DNA of 43,499 nucleotides from Candidatus Sericytochromatia bacterium (GTDB lineage Bacteria; Cyanobacteriota; Sericytochromatia; S15B-MN24; JAQBPE01): NCBI GenBank assembly GCA_035285125.1, contig JAYKHR010000001.1, positions 1 to 43,499 of the forward strand, read 5' to 3'. Shown piece by piece: positions 1 to 8,377 of this stretch (position 1 is its first letter; each line of letters starts with the position of its first letter). The notes under the pieces were generated by a model. It saw only the letters and a program-made list of their open reading frames with translations, ran no database searches and was not told where the DNA came from. The position numbers and the translations under genes were made by a program.

Positions 1-1590
1 CAGCGGCAGCTCGCCACCTTCGGCTTCCACGGGGCGCGGCTCGACGTGCGCCAGCACGCGCGGGTGCATGCGGAGGCGCTGGCAGACCTGGTGGACACGC
101 TGCGGCTGCTGCCCGCACCCTTTGCGATGCTCTCCGAGGCCGAGGCCACGGCGTGGGTGCTGGGCGAGCTCGCCGGCCAGCGCCCCTTGATCCCCCAGGA
201 CCTCGGGGCCTTCGCACCGCAGACCCAGGAGGTGGTGCGGACCTTCCGGGCGCTGGCGGCCAGCCGGCGGGTGTTCGGGCCGGCCGCCCTGGGCTCTTGC
301 ATCGTCAGCATGACCACGCGGCCGCTCGACATGCTCACGGTGCTGCTGTTGCTGCGCGAGGCCGGGCTGTTCCGCCACGAGGGCGCGGGGCGGGTGCGCT
401 CGGCGTTGCAGGTGGTGCCCCTCTTCGAGACGGTCGAGGACCTGCGCGCCGCCCCCCGGATCCTCGAGGCCCTGCTCGCCGAGCCCCTCTACCGGGCGCA
501 CCTGCGGCAGCTCGGCGACGAGCAGGAGGTGATGCTCGGCTACAGCGACTCGAACAAGGATGGCGGCATCGTGACCTCGGCCTGGGAGCTGTACCAGGCG
601 CAGCAGGCCCTCTGGGCGGTGGCGGGCCGGCACGGCGTGACGCTCAAGCTCTTCCACGGGCGGGGCGGCTCGGTGGGGCGGGGCGGCGGGCCGAGCCACC
701 TCGCCATCCTGGCGCAGCCGCCGGGCACGGTGGGCGGGCGCCTCAAGCTCACGGAGCAGGGCGAGGTGATCAGCCACAAGTACGGGCTGCCGGCGCTCGC
801 GCGGCGCAACCTGGAGCTCGTCACCTCGGCCGTGCTGGAGGCCACGCTGCGGCCGGAGCTGCACGGGCGCGACCCGCTGGAGGTGGCGCGCTGGCAAGCC
901 GTGATGGACGAGCTCAGCCGGCTGGCGCTCGCGGCCTACCGCGGCTGGGTCCATGAAGACCCGCGCTTCGGGCGGCTGCTGGCGGAGGCGACGCCGCTCG
1001 CGCTGCTCGCGGAGATGCAGCTCGGCTCGCGGCCGGCGCGGCGCAAGGCCTCGACGCGCCTCGAGGACCTGCGGGCCATCCCGTGGGTCTTTGCCTGGAC
1101 CCAGCCGCGCATGATCCTGCCCGGCTGGCTGGGGGTGGGCACGGCGCTGGAGGCCTGGTGTGCGCCCGAGCCCGCGCGGCGGCTGGAGGTGCTGCGGGCG
1201 ATGGCGCGCGAGTTTCCGTTCTTCCGGGCGTTGCTGTCGAACGTGGAGATGACGCTGGCGAAGGCTGACATGGCGATCGCGCGGCGCTACGTGGCCGTGC
1301 TGGCGCCGGACGATGCGGAGCTGGCCGCGCTGTGGGCCTCGCTGGAGGCCGAGCACGGCCGCTGCGTCCGGATGGTGCTCGCCGTGCTCGAGCAGCCCGA
1401 GCTGCTGGCGGGGCAGCCCACGCTGCGGCGCTCCATCGCCGTGCGCAACCCCTACGTGGACCCGATCAACCTGCTGCAGCTCGCGCTGCTGCGGCGCCAG
1501 CGCGAGGCTGTGGCGCCCGACGAGGCCCTGCTCGACGCGCTCAAGACGAGCGTCAGCGGCATCGCGGCGGGGCTGCGCAACACGGGCTGA
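1..1590 (+). CDS. ppc: Phosphoenolpyruvate carboxylase (5'-truncated by window edge)
   Basis: Frame is open from base 1 (QRQLATFGFHGARLDVRQH). PEPC motifs VPLFET, VMLGYSDSNKDGG, FHGRGGSVGRGGGP, TEQGE, LRAIPWVFAWTQ and C-terminal GLRNTG. Confidence 0.97.
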   Translation, partial: QRQLATFGFHGARLDVRQHARVHAEALADLVDTLRLLPAPFAMLSEAEATAWVLGELAGQRPLIPQDLGAFAPQTQEVVRTFRALAASRRVFGPAALGSCIVSMTTRPLDMLTVLLLLREAGLFRHEGAGRVRSALQVVPLFETVEDLRAAPRILEALLAEPLYRAHLRQLGDEQEVMLGYSDSNKDGGIVTSAWELYQAQQALWAVAGRHGVTLKLFHGRGGSVGRGGGPSHLAILAQPPGTVGGRLKLTEQGEVISHKYGLPALARRNLELVTSAVLEATLRPELHGRDPLEVARWQAVMDELSRLALAAYRGWVHEDPRFGRLLAEATPLALLAEMQLGSRPARRKASTRLEDLRAIPWVFAWTQPRMILPGWLGVGTALEAWCAPEPARRLEVLRAMAREFPFFRALLSNVEMTLAKADMAIARRYVAVLAPDDAELAALWASLEAEHGRCVRMVLAVLEQPELLAGQPTLRRSIAVRNPYVDPINLLQLALLRRQREAVAPDEALLDALKTSVSGIAAGLRNTG

Positions 1591-1594
1591 GGGG

Positions 1595-1625
1595 GCGGGG
1601 CGCCTGCGGCGTGCAGGCGCCCTGC
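1595..1625 (+). terminator. GC-rich hairpin after ppc (possible terminator)
   Basis: gcggggcgcctgc-ggcgt-gcaggcgccctgc just after the ppc stop; no clear U-tract. Confidence 0.4.
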
Positions 1626-1768
1626 TGGTTGCCACGCGTTGGGACATAACCAGTTAACATTTTCTTTAACCAGCCTTGTTCTGTTTCAATGGGGCGGACG
1701 TCAGGTTTTATGTCTCACGTCCTACAACCCAAGGGAGGCCTGCAGGCCTCTCCTGAAAGCAGGACCCC

Positions 1769-2017
1769 GTGTTCCGAGCCCTCGTCGCCACCCTTGTCGC
1801 CGCCTTCCTCGCGGCCTGCAGCGTCTCGCTGCAGGTGCCCGTGGCGACGCCTGCGGGTGGCTACCAGCTCCAGGGGCTGGACGGCAGCACGCGCGAGTCC
1901 CTCGACGCCCTCGATGGCTGGGTCACGACCATCGACAGCAACGTGGCTGGCTCGAGCCGCACCGGGTTCAAGTCGCTGCGGCCCATGCCGCGGCGCACGC
2001 CGGGCTTCGCGTACTGA
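1769..2017 (+). CDS. Small hypothetical lipoprotein (82 aa)
   Basis: GTG start after AGGA; signal peptide ending in lipobox LAAC; followed by a terminator hairpin. Confidence 0.7.
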   Translation: MFRALVATLVAAFLAACSVSLQVPVATPAGGYQLQGLDGSTRESLDALDGWVTTIDSNVAGSSRTGFKSLRPMPRRTPGFAY

Positions 2018-2032
2018 CGCCAGCCCCTCGGG

Positions 2033-2066
2033 CAGCCCCGTCGCGCCAGCGCGACGGGGCTGTTTT
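2033..2066 (+). terminator. Rho-independent terminator
   Basis: 13-bp stem cagccccgtcgcg/cgcgacggggctg, loop ccag, then tttt; lies between convergent genes. Confidence 0.75.
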
Positions 2067-3016
2067 CATGCGGCGAGCGACGCCTCGTGCGTGGCCCGGC
2101 ACCAGGCCAGCGTGTCGATGAGGCCGAGCTCCAGGGGGATCTGAGGCGTCCAGCCGAGGTCCTCGCGGAGTCGCGTCACGGCGAGCACGCTGGTGCGCAC
2201 GTCGGTGGGGCGCCGGGGAGCGCGGCCGGGGCGGATGGTCACGCCGAGCTGCCCGGCGATAGCCTGGTAGAGCGCGTTGACGGACGTGCCGACGCCCGAG
2301 GCCACGTTCCAGGTGCCGCTCACGCCTGGCCTGGCCGCGAGCAGGTGGGCCCGGGCGACGTCCTCCACGTGGATGAAGTCCTTGCGCTGCTCGCCGTCCC
2401 ACTGGATGGTGGGCGCCTCGCCGGCGAGCAGCTTGCGCGCGAAGATGGCCACCACGCCGGCCTCGCCGTGCGGCTGCTGGCGGGGGCCGTAGACGTTGCC
2501 GTAGCGCAGGATGGCGGCCGTCAGGCCGTGGCTGGCCTCGAAGCAGCGCACGTAGCGCTCGCCGGCCTCCTTGCCGATGCCGTAGGGGCTGAGGGGGGCG
2601 GGCGGCACCTCCTCGGGGGTGGGCACCTGGGGGCTGTCGCCGTACACCGTGCCGCCTGAGGACGCAAGCACGAGGTGGCGCACGCCGTGGGCCACGCAGG
2701 CCCCGAGCACGTGCAACGTGCCCAGCACGTTGGTCTCCGCGTCGCGGACGGGGTCGTCCGCCGAGGCGCGCACGCTGACCTGGGCGGCGTGGTGGCTCAC
2801 GACGTGGGGGCGGTAGGCGGCCAGGGTGGCGCGCACGGCGTCGCCGTCGCGGATGTCCACCTGGAAGAGGGGCACGCGGTCGAGCAGGCCCGTGAGGTTG
2901 GCGCGCGTGCCGCTGGAGAGGTCATCGAGCACGGCCACCTGGTGGCCGGCTCGCACGTGGTGCTCGACGAGGTGGGAGCCGATGAAGCCGGCGCCGCCGG
3001 TGATGAGGATGCGCAT
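2066..3016 (-). CDS. NAD-dependent nucleotide-sugar epimerase/dehydratase (UDP-glucose 4-epimerase-like)
   Basis: MRILITGGAGFIGSH, YGIGK (YxxxK), LRYGNVYGPRQ, GVVAIF; GGAGG Shine-Dalgarno upstream of ATG 3016. Confidence 0.92.
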   Translation of the reverse strand: MRILITGGAGFIGSHLVEHHVRAGHQVAVLDDLSSGTRANLTGLLDRVPLFQVDIRDGDAVRATLAAYRPHVVSHHAAQVSVRASADDPVRDAETNVLGTLHVLGACVAHGVRHLVLASSGGTVYGDSPQVPTPEEVPPAPLSPYGIGKEAGERYVRCFEASHGLTAAILRYGNVYGPRQQPHGEAGVVAIFARKLLAGEAPTIQWDGEQRKDFIHVEDVARAHLLAARPGVSGTWNVASGVGTSVNALYQAIAGQLGVTIRPGRAPRRPTDVRTSVLAVTRLREDLGWTPQIPLELGLIDTLAWCRATHEASLAA

Positions 3017-3143
3017 GGCGAGACCTCCGGGTGGGTGGGGGGACGCCCCATCCTGGCCGGCCGCAGGGCGGGCCGCCACGGCCGCGCTGGCCGAGGGCCC
3101 TCGTGCTTGGCGACCCGCGCGGCCCATGTGCGATGATGCGGGC

Positions 3144-4223
3144 ATGGCGGACGCTCGCTTGCGCTGGATCGTGGGGCCGCGCTACGACCTCACCTTCTTC
3201 ATCGGGGCCGCGGCCCTGACCTTCGTGTTCCTCGGGCTCTACGAGGGGCTCAAGGCCCTCGGGCTCGCGCCGTCGGGGCCGGCGGCGCTGCTGACCTACC
3301 TCGCCTTCACGGCCCTGCTCGACCTGCCGCACATCTTCCAGACCTTCTCGCGCACCCACCAGGACCCGGCCGAGTTCGCCCGCCGCAAGGCGCTCTACAC
3401 CTGGGGGCTGCCCGTGATCATGGCGGCGGGCCTGCTGGTGCCGGCGCTGCACCTCGAGGCGCCCTTCGTCGCCTTTGTGGCCATCTACGGCAGCCACCAC
3501 ATCATCCGGCAGCACGTCGGCTTCCTGAAGCTCTACCAGGGCCTCAACGACCCGCCGGGGCCGGACCGGCTGCTCGACCGGCTGGCGCTGGAGCTCGGGC
3601 TGTACGCCTGCGTGCTGCACGACTACGTGGCCGAGTTCGCGGGCCAGCTCGCGCGCAGCGTCCCGGTCTATGGCAAGTGGTCGGCCACCGCGCCCGTGCT
3701 GCCCGAGGCGCTGGTGGCGGCCGTGACGCAGGCGGCCTGGGGGGTGCTGGCGCTCTGGGCTGCGCGGCAGCTTTACCGGGGCCTGATCGGGCACGCCGTG
3801 AACTGGCCCAAGCTGTTGCTGATGGGCGCCGCGCTGGCGACGCACTACGTGGTGTTCCTCGTGGCCGCCGTGCCCTTCCTCGTGGCGGAGGCGCTGGAGA
3901 CGGCTTACCACGACGCGCAGTACCACGGCTGGATCATGCACTACCAGCGGCGGCGCTTCCCCGCGGTGCCGCGGGTGGCGCTGAAGTGGGCCGGGGCGGC
4001 CCTCGCGTACGGCCTCGTGGCCGGCACCATCGAGGTGCTCGGCTACACGCACGACGTCTTCTACTGGGTCTTTGCGCCGCTCGGGATGCTGACGCTGTTC
4101 CACTACTGGATCGACGGGCGCATCTGGCGCTTCGGGCGCTGCCCGGAGCTGCGCGAGGTGCTGCCGGGGCCGCCGCGGGAGGCGCGTGGCGGGGGCGGCC
4201 CGGAGGGCCTGACCGCGGCCTGA
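3144..4223 (+). CDS. Polytopic membrane protein with conserved-looking His motifs, function unknown
   Basis: Many hydrophobic segments; motifs LPHIFQT, HHIIRQHVG, YHDAQYH, HYWIDGRIWRF; start placed 6 nt after an extended -10 element. Confidence 0.8.
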   Translation: MADARLRWIVGPRYDLTFFIGAAALTFVFLGLYEGLKALGLAPSGPAALLTYLAFTALLDLPHIFQTFSRTHQDPAEFARRKALYTWGLPVIMAAGLLVPALHLEAPFVAFVAIYGSHHIIRQHVGFLKLYQGLNDPPGPDRLLDRLALELGLYACVLHDYVAEFAGQLARSVPVYGKWSATAPVLPEALVAAVTQAAWGVLALWAARQLYRGLIGHAVNWPKLLLMGAALATHYVVFLVAAVPFLVAEALETAYHDAQYHGWIMHYQRRRFPAVPRVALKWAGAALAYGLVAGTIEVLGYTHDVFYWVFAPLGMLTLFHYWIDGRIWRFGRCPELREVLPGPPREARGGGGPEGLTAA

Positions 4224-4375
4224 GGCACGCCCGGCGTGCGGTGACCGGCGTTCTGCGCCCGGAAAGCTTAACCGCAGCTTGAGACGCGCACGGCGATCCG
4301 GAACCGGCGGGCGTGCCCGGGCGCCGACAAGGCCCTCACGGCAGGCCGAGGCACGGCCGGGCGGAGGGCAGCGAG

Positions 4376-5248
4376 ATGTCGGCGGTTCAGGGGCTGGTGC
4401 AGCGGGCGGGGCAGGGCTTCCAGGCCCTCGGGCGGGAGCTCGGCCAGGGCGTGCCCGCCCGGGCGACCCGCGGGGCCGCGCCCGATTTGCTGCGCCTCTC
4501 GCCAGCCGCCAGGGCGGCGCTGCCGCTTCCGGCGGCCCCGGCGCAGGTTCCCCACGTGCTCGAGGATCTCGTCGCGATCGCGGCCGCCCGCACGGACCGC
4601 CCCGCGGGCCAGCGGGAGGTGACGGCTGGCTTCCAGCGCTTCGCGGCGACGACGTGGGCCCTGCCCGAGGCAGCGGGCCTGACGGAGGCGCAGCGGCAGG
4701 TGGCCGGCCGGTTCACGGTCGATGGGGTGCCGGGCATCGTCAACGCCGTGCTGCGCGGGGATATGGCCACGGCGCAGGCGGACGGGTTTTCCTGGAGCCT
4801 GCTCGGCCCGGACCGGGGCGCCTGGGTGCAGGCCTTCAAGGACCTCTTCGACTTCTCCACGGCCATCCCCGTGGAGCGCCCCAAGCTGCTGTTCCACGCG
4901 ACGGGGCGGAAGTTCCACGTGGGGCAGGAGCTCGGCGCTTTCCTGTCGATGACGGAGGTGCCCGGCTTCGCCGCCAAGTACGTGCCGCACGCGACGCAGT
5001 CCCGGCGCGTCGTCTCGTTCCTGATCGAGGGGGCCAAGGACGCGCCCGGCCACGTCGGCCTCATCAAGAACTCGGGCTGGAACGAGGTGATCGTGCCGCC
5101 CGGGCGCTTCCGCGTCGCCAGCGTGGAGCAGACGGCCTTCGGCGAGGTGGTCACGCTGCGCCCGAAGGAGGCGCCGCTGGCCGCCACGCGCCAGGCCTTC
5201 CAGGCCCAGGTCGAGGGCAGCGTGCCGGCGACGGTGAGTGAGCTGTAA
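4376..5248 (+). CDS. Putative ADP-ribosyltransferase-fold protein (C3/VIP2-like) with non-canonical active-site motifs
   Basis: GGAGG Shine-Dalgarno; ordered motifs VNAVLRG, LLFHAT, FLSMT, GWNEVIVPPGRFRV parallel INxxLR, LFRG, STS, (Q/E)xEvLLPR of the R-S-E clade. The CDS is well supported; the fold call is inference. Confidence 0.65.
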   Translation: MSAVQGLVQRAGQGFQALGRELGQGVPARATRGAAPDLLRLSPAARAALPLPAAPAQVPHVLEDLVAIAAARTDRPAGQREVTAGFQRFAATTWALPEAAGLTEAQRQVAGRFTVDGVPGIVNAVLRGDMATAQADGFSWSLLGPDRGAWVQAFKDLFDFSTAIPVERPKLLFHATGRKFHVGQELGAFLSMTEVPGFAAKYVPHATQSRRVVSFLIEGAKDAPGHVGLIKNSGWNEVIVPPGRFRVASVEQTAFGEVVTLRPKEAPLAATRQAFQAQVEGSVPATVSEL

Positions 5249-5315
5249 GCGCGGCGCGCGCCGAGCCCGGCTGGCCTCGCATGCCTCGGTCCCGGCGCGG
5301 GTGGCCGGCCGCCCC

Positions 5316-5687
5316 TCAGCTCTGTGACACCAGGAACACGCCCGTCACGATGAGCAGCACGCCGCCCCAGCGCATCGCGCTGACGTGCTCGCCGAGCAGG
5401 AAGGCGGCCACCAGCAGGATCAGCACCTGGTTCAGGGCCAAGATGGGGTAGGCCCACGACAGGGGCACGCGCGTCAGCACCATGATCCAGGTGACGGCCC
5501 CGAGCGCGTAGCAGGCCAGGCCCCCGATCAGCCACGGGTTGGCGGCGGCGGCGAGGGCCAGCTCGGTGGCCCGGCCGGCGCTCTCGACGCCCACCTGCCC
5601 GAGCCTGCCCGCGCCCGTCTTCAGGGCGTACTGGCCGAGCACGGAGAGCAGGATCGAGGTGAGGATCAGCGCGAAGGATTGGAGCAC
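5316..5687 (-). CDS. SMR/EamA-family small membrane protein (ArnE/ArnF-like undecaprenyl-P-sugar flippase subunit)
   Basis: Four TM helices; GQYALKTG, VLTRVPLSWAYPIL, FLLGEHVSAMRWGG; directly downstream of the priming transferase. Confidence 0.82.
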   Translation of the reverse strand: MLQSFALILTSILLSVLGQYALKTGAGRLGQVGVESAGRATELALAAAANPWLIGGLACYALGAVTWIMVLTRVPLSWAYPILALNQVLILLVAAFLLGEHVSAMRWGGVLLIVTGVFLVSQS

Positions 5688-5696
5688 GGGGGGTCC

Positions 5697-7163
5697 TCAG
5701 TAGGCGGGGCGGCGGATGACCTCGGCGGCCGTGAGCAGCAGGATGCGGATGTCGAGCAGCACGCTCCAGTTCTCGATGTACCAGATGTCGTGGCGCGTGC
5801 GGTCCTCGATGCTCACGTCGCCGCGCAGGCCGTTCACCTGCGCCCAGCCCGTCAGCCCGCACCGCACGAGGTGCCTGTCCATGTACTTCGGCACGCGCGC
5901 GCGAAACTGATCGGCGAAGTAGGGGCGCTCGGGGCGGGGGCCGACCAGGCTCATGTCGCCGCGCAGCACGTTCCAGAGCTGGGGGAGCTCGTCGAGGCTG
6001 TAGCGCCGCAGCCAGGCGCCGAGCCGCGTGGCGCGCGTGTCGCCCCGGTGGGCCCAGACGGGCCCGCCCGGCTCCGCGTCCACGGGCATGGTGCGGAACT
6101 TGTGCAGCCGGAAGGCCGTGCCGTCGCGCCCGAGGCGCTCCTGCGTGTAGATCACGGGGCCCGCCCCCTCGCGCGCGATCAGGGCCGCGAGCACCGCCAT
6201 CAGCGGGGCCGCGAGCGCCAGCCCCAGGCCCGCGAGCGCCACGTCCATGGTTCGCTTCACGGCGCGGTGGCGCCAGTGGCGCAGCGGCACCTCGCGGACG
6301 GCGAGCACGGGCAGGCCGTCGAGGGAGGTCACGGCGAGCCGCATCGTCCGCATCACGGCCACGTCGGGGGCCACGTGCACGGCGAGGCGGGGCCAGCGCG
6401 TGGCGATCGCCGAGAGGCGCTCGACCAGCGCGGCCGGCGTGGCCTCCGGCCAGGCGATCACCACGGCCTCGACGCCGTGGGCCGCGATCAGGGGCGCCAT
6501 GTCGGCTTCGCCCCCGAGCCGGGGGGCAGGGCCCGCCGCGACCGCCGCGTCGCCCGGCAGCGCCAGGACGCCGACGAGCCGGTGCCCATGGGCGCGCGGG
6601 CCGACCAGCCGCGCCGCCACCGCCTGGCCGAGGGCGTTGTCGCCCAGCACGAGCGTCGGCCTGGCCCCGATGCCGGCCGCGAGCGCCTGCCGCTGCGCCG
6701 TGCGGGCCAGCCAGTGCCACGCGCCAAGCATGAGCAGGCTCGCGCCGAAGGCGTAGGCTGCCACCAGCCGCGAGTAGCTGAAGCTGCGGTAGAAGAACGA
6801 GAGCGCCAGCGTCGCGCTCGCGCCGAGCCCGAGCCCCACCCCCAGCAGCACGGCGTCGTCGAAGCGCGAGGGCGCCCGGGCCCGGTCGTACAGCCCGACC
6901 CAGGCCAGGCACGCCGTCCACACCCCGGCCACGAGCCCGGCCGCGTGCGCGTAGGGGCCCCAGGCGGGCGGCGGCGCGGCCGGCGGCAGCCAGCCCCAGA
7001 CGAAGCGGGCCTCGTAGCAGCCGAGCAGCACGGCCGCGATCAGGCAGGCGTCTGCCGGCGCCATCAGCGGCGCGCCCTCGCGCACGAGCCAGCGCCAGGC
7101 CCGCGCCTGCCACCCGGCGGGGCGGGTCGGCGCTGCCAGGCGCGAGACGCCGTCCGTGCTCAT
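5697..7163 (-). CDS. Polyprenyl-phosphate glycosylphosphotransferase (WcaJ/WbaP-like priming transferase)
   Basis: N-terminal TMs plus C-terminal bacterial sugar transferase domain (KRTMD, KFRTM, SLDELPQLWNVLRGDMSLVGPRPERP, GLTGWAQVNG); ATGA overlap with upstream gene. Confidence 0.92.
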   Translation of the reverse strand: MSTDGVSRLAAPTRPAGWQARAWRWLVREGAPLMAPADACLIAAVLLGCYEARFVWGWLPPAAPPPAWGPYAHAAGLVAGVWTACLAWVGLYDRARAPSRFDDAVLLGVGLGLGASATLALSFFYRSFSYSRLVAAYAFGASLLMLGAWHWLARTAQRQALAAGIGARPTLVLGDNALGQAVAARLVGPRAHGHRLVGVLALPGDAAVAAGPAPRLGGEADMAPLIAAHGVEAVVIAWPEATPAALVERLSAIATRWPRLAVHVAPDVAVMRTMRLAVTSLDGLPVLAVREVPLRHWRHRAVKRTMDVALAGLGLALAAPLMAVLAALIAREGAGPVIYTQERLGRDGTAFRLHKFRTMPVDAEPGGPVWAHRGDTRATRLGAWLRRYSLDELPQLWNVLRGDMSLVGPRPERPYFADQFRARVPKYMDRHLVRCGLTGWAQVNGLRGDVSIEDRTRHDIWYIENWSVLLDIRILLLTAAEVIRRPAY

Positions 7164-8311
7164 GCCCCGGGCCCCGGGGTCACGGGCGGCAGCACGAAGG
7201 CGTCGGTGGGGACGCCGGCCCGGAACTGCTGCCACCAGGCGGTCACGAGCGCGTGGACCCGCGCGACGAAGGCGTCCTCGTCGAAGGTCGCGGCCCAGGC
7301 GCGCAGGGCCTCGGGCTGCGCCTGCAGCTGGCCTGCCGCGCGGATGGCCTCGGCGAAGGCCTCGGGCGTCTGGGCGGGCACGAGCAGCCCCGTCTCGCCG
7401 GGGCGCACCGTCTCCAGCGCCCCCCCCGCCCCGTAGGCGATCACGGGCGTGCCGCAGGCCATGGCTTCCAGCGGCGTGAGGCCGAAGTCCTCGAGGCCGG
7501 GGAAGAGCAGCGCGGCGGCGCTGCCGAGCTCCGCGTGGACCTCGGCGTCCGGGACGTGGCCGAGGAAGGTCACGTCAGGCCCGGCGTCGCGGCGCAGCGC
7601 CTTGTAAAGCGGCCCGTCGCCCACCACCCGCAGCCGGCGCCCGGCCAGGCGGGCGGCGGCGATCGCCAGGTCCACCCGCTTGTAGGGCACGAGGCGCGAG
7701 ACCACGAGCAGGTGGTCCCCCCGGCGGGACTGGTCGGGCATCGGCAGGTCCGCGAGCCGGATCGGGGGGGCCAGCACGGTGGCCGGGCGCCGCCAGGTCT
7801 TGGCGATGCGCTGCGCCGTGTGCCGCGAGTTGGCGAGGTAGTGGTCGACGCGCAGGCTGCTCGCCACGTCCCAGGCACGCATGTAGGTGAGCAGGGGGGC
7901 TGCCAGCGCCCGCTGCCAGCGCGGCAGCGTCGCCTGGTAGTCGTGCGTCAGGTCCCAGGCGTAGCGCATCGGCGTGTGCACGTAGGCGAGGTGCAGCGCG
8001 TCCGCGTCCACGATGACGCCCTTGGCGCAGGCGTGGTGGGAGGTCAGCACCACGTCGAAGCCCCGCAGGTCCAGCTGCTCGAAGGCCAGGGGCAGCAGCG
8101 GCAGCAGCGCCCGGTGGTGGCGCGTCGCCCCGGGCAGGCGCTGCAGGAACGAGGGGCGGACGTCGAGCGCCCGGAAGGCGTCCGGCAGCCTGGCGGCGTC
8201 GTGGACGCTCGTGAAGACGGGCGCCTCGGGGAAGGCGCGGTGGAAGGCCAGCAGCACCCGCTCCGACCCGCCGAGGGTCGTCAGCCATTCGTGGACGAGG
8301 GCAACTTTCAC
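7160..8311 (-). CDS. GT4 glycosyltransferase (WbaZ-like mannosyltransferase)
   Basis: VKVALVHEWLTTLGGSERVL, YVHTPMRYAWD, SRLVPYKRVDL, EDFGLTPLEAMACGTPV; GTG start 8311 chosen from family N-terminus. Confidence 0.9.
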   Translation of the reverse strand: MKVALVHEWLTTLGGSERVLLAFHRAFPEAPVFTSVHDAARLPDAFRALDVRPSFLQRLPGATRHHRALLPLLPLAFEQLDLRGFDVVLTSHHACAKGVIVDADALHLAYVHTPMRYAWDLTHDYQATLPRWQRALAAPLLTYMRAWDVASSLRVDHYLANSRHTAQRIAKTWRRPATVLAPPIRLADLPMPDQSRRGDHLLVVSRLVPYKRVDLAIAAARLAGRRLRVVGDGPLYKALRRDAGPDVTFLGHVPDAEVHAELGSAAALLFPGLEDFGLTPLEAMACGTPVIAYGAGGALETVRPGETGLLVPAQTPEAFAEAIRAAGQLQAQPEALRAWAATFDEDAFVARVHALVTAWWQQFRAGVPTDAFVLPPVTPGPGA

Positions 8312-8377
8312 GCGTGGGGCCGGGCAGGGGAGGGGGGGCGGCCATGATACCACCCCGGATCCCGCCGCGTGCTGGCC

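Noticed and set aside
4387..7113. 908-aa minus-strand ORF
   Set aside because: Arg/Ala/Gly/Pro-rich off-frame shadow of the priming transferase and antisense to the ART-like gene; expected in very GC-rich DNA.
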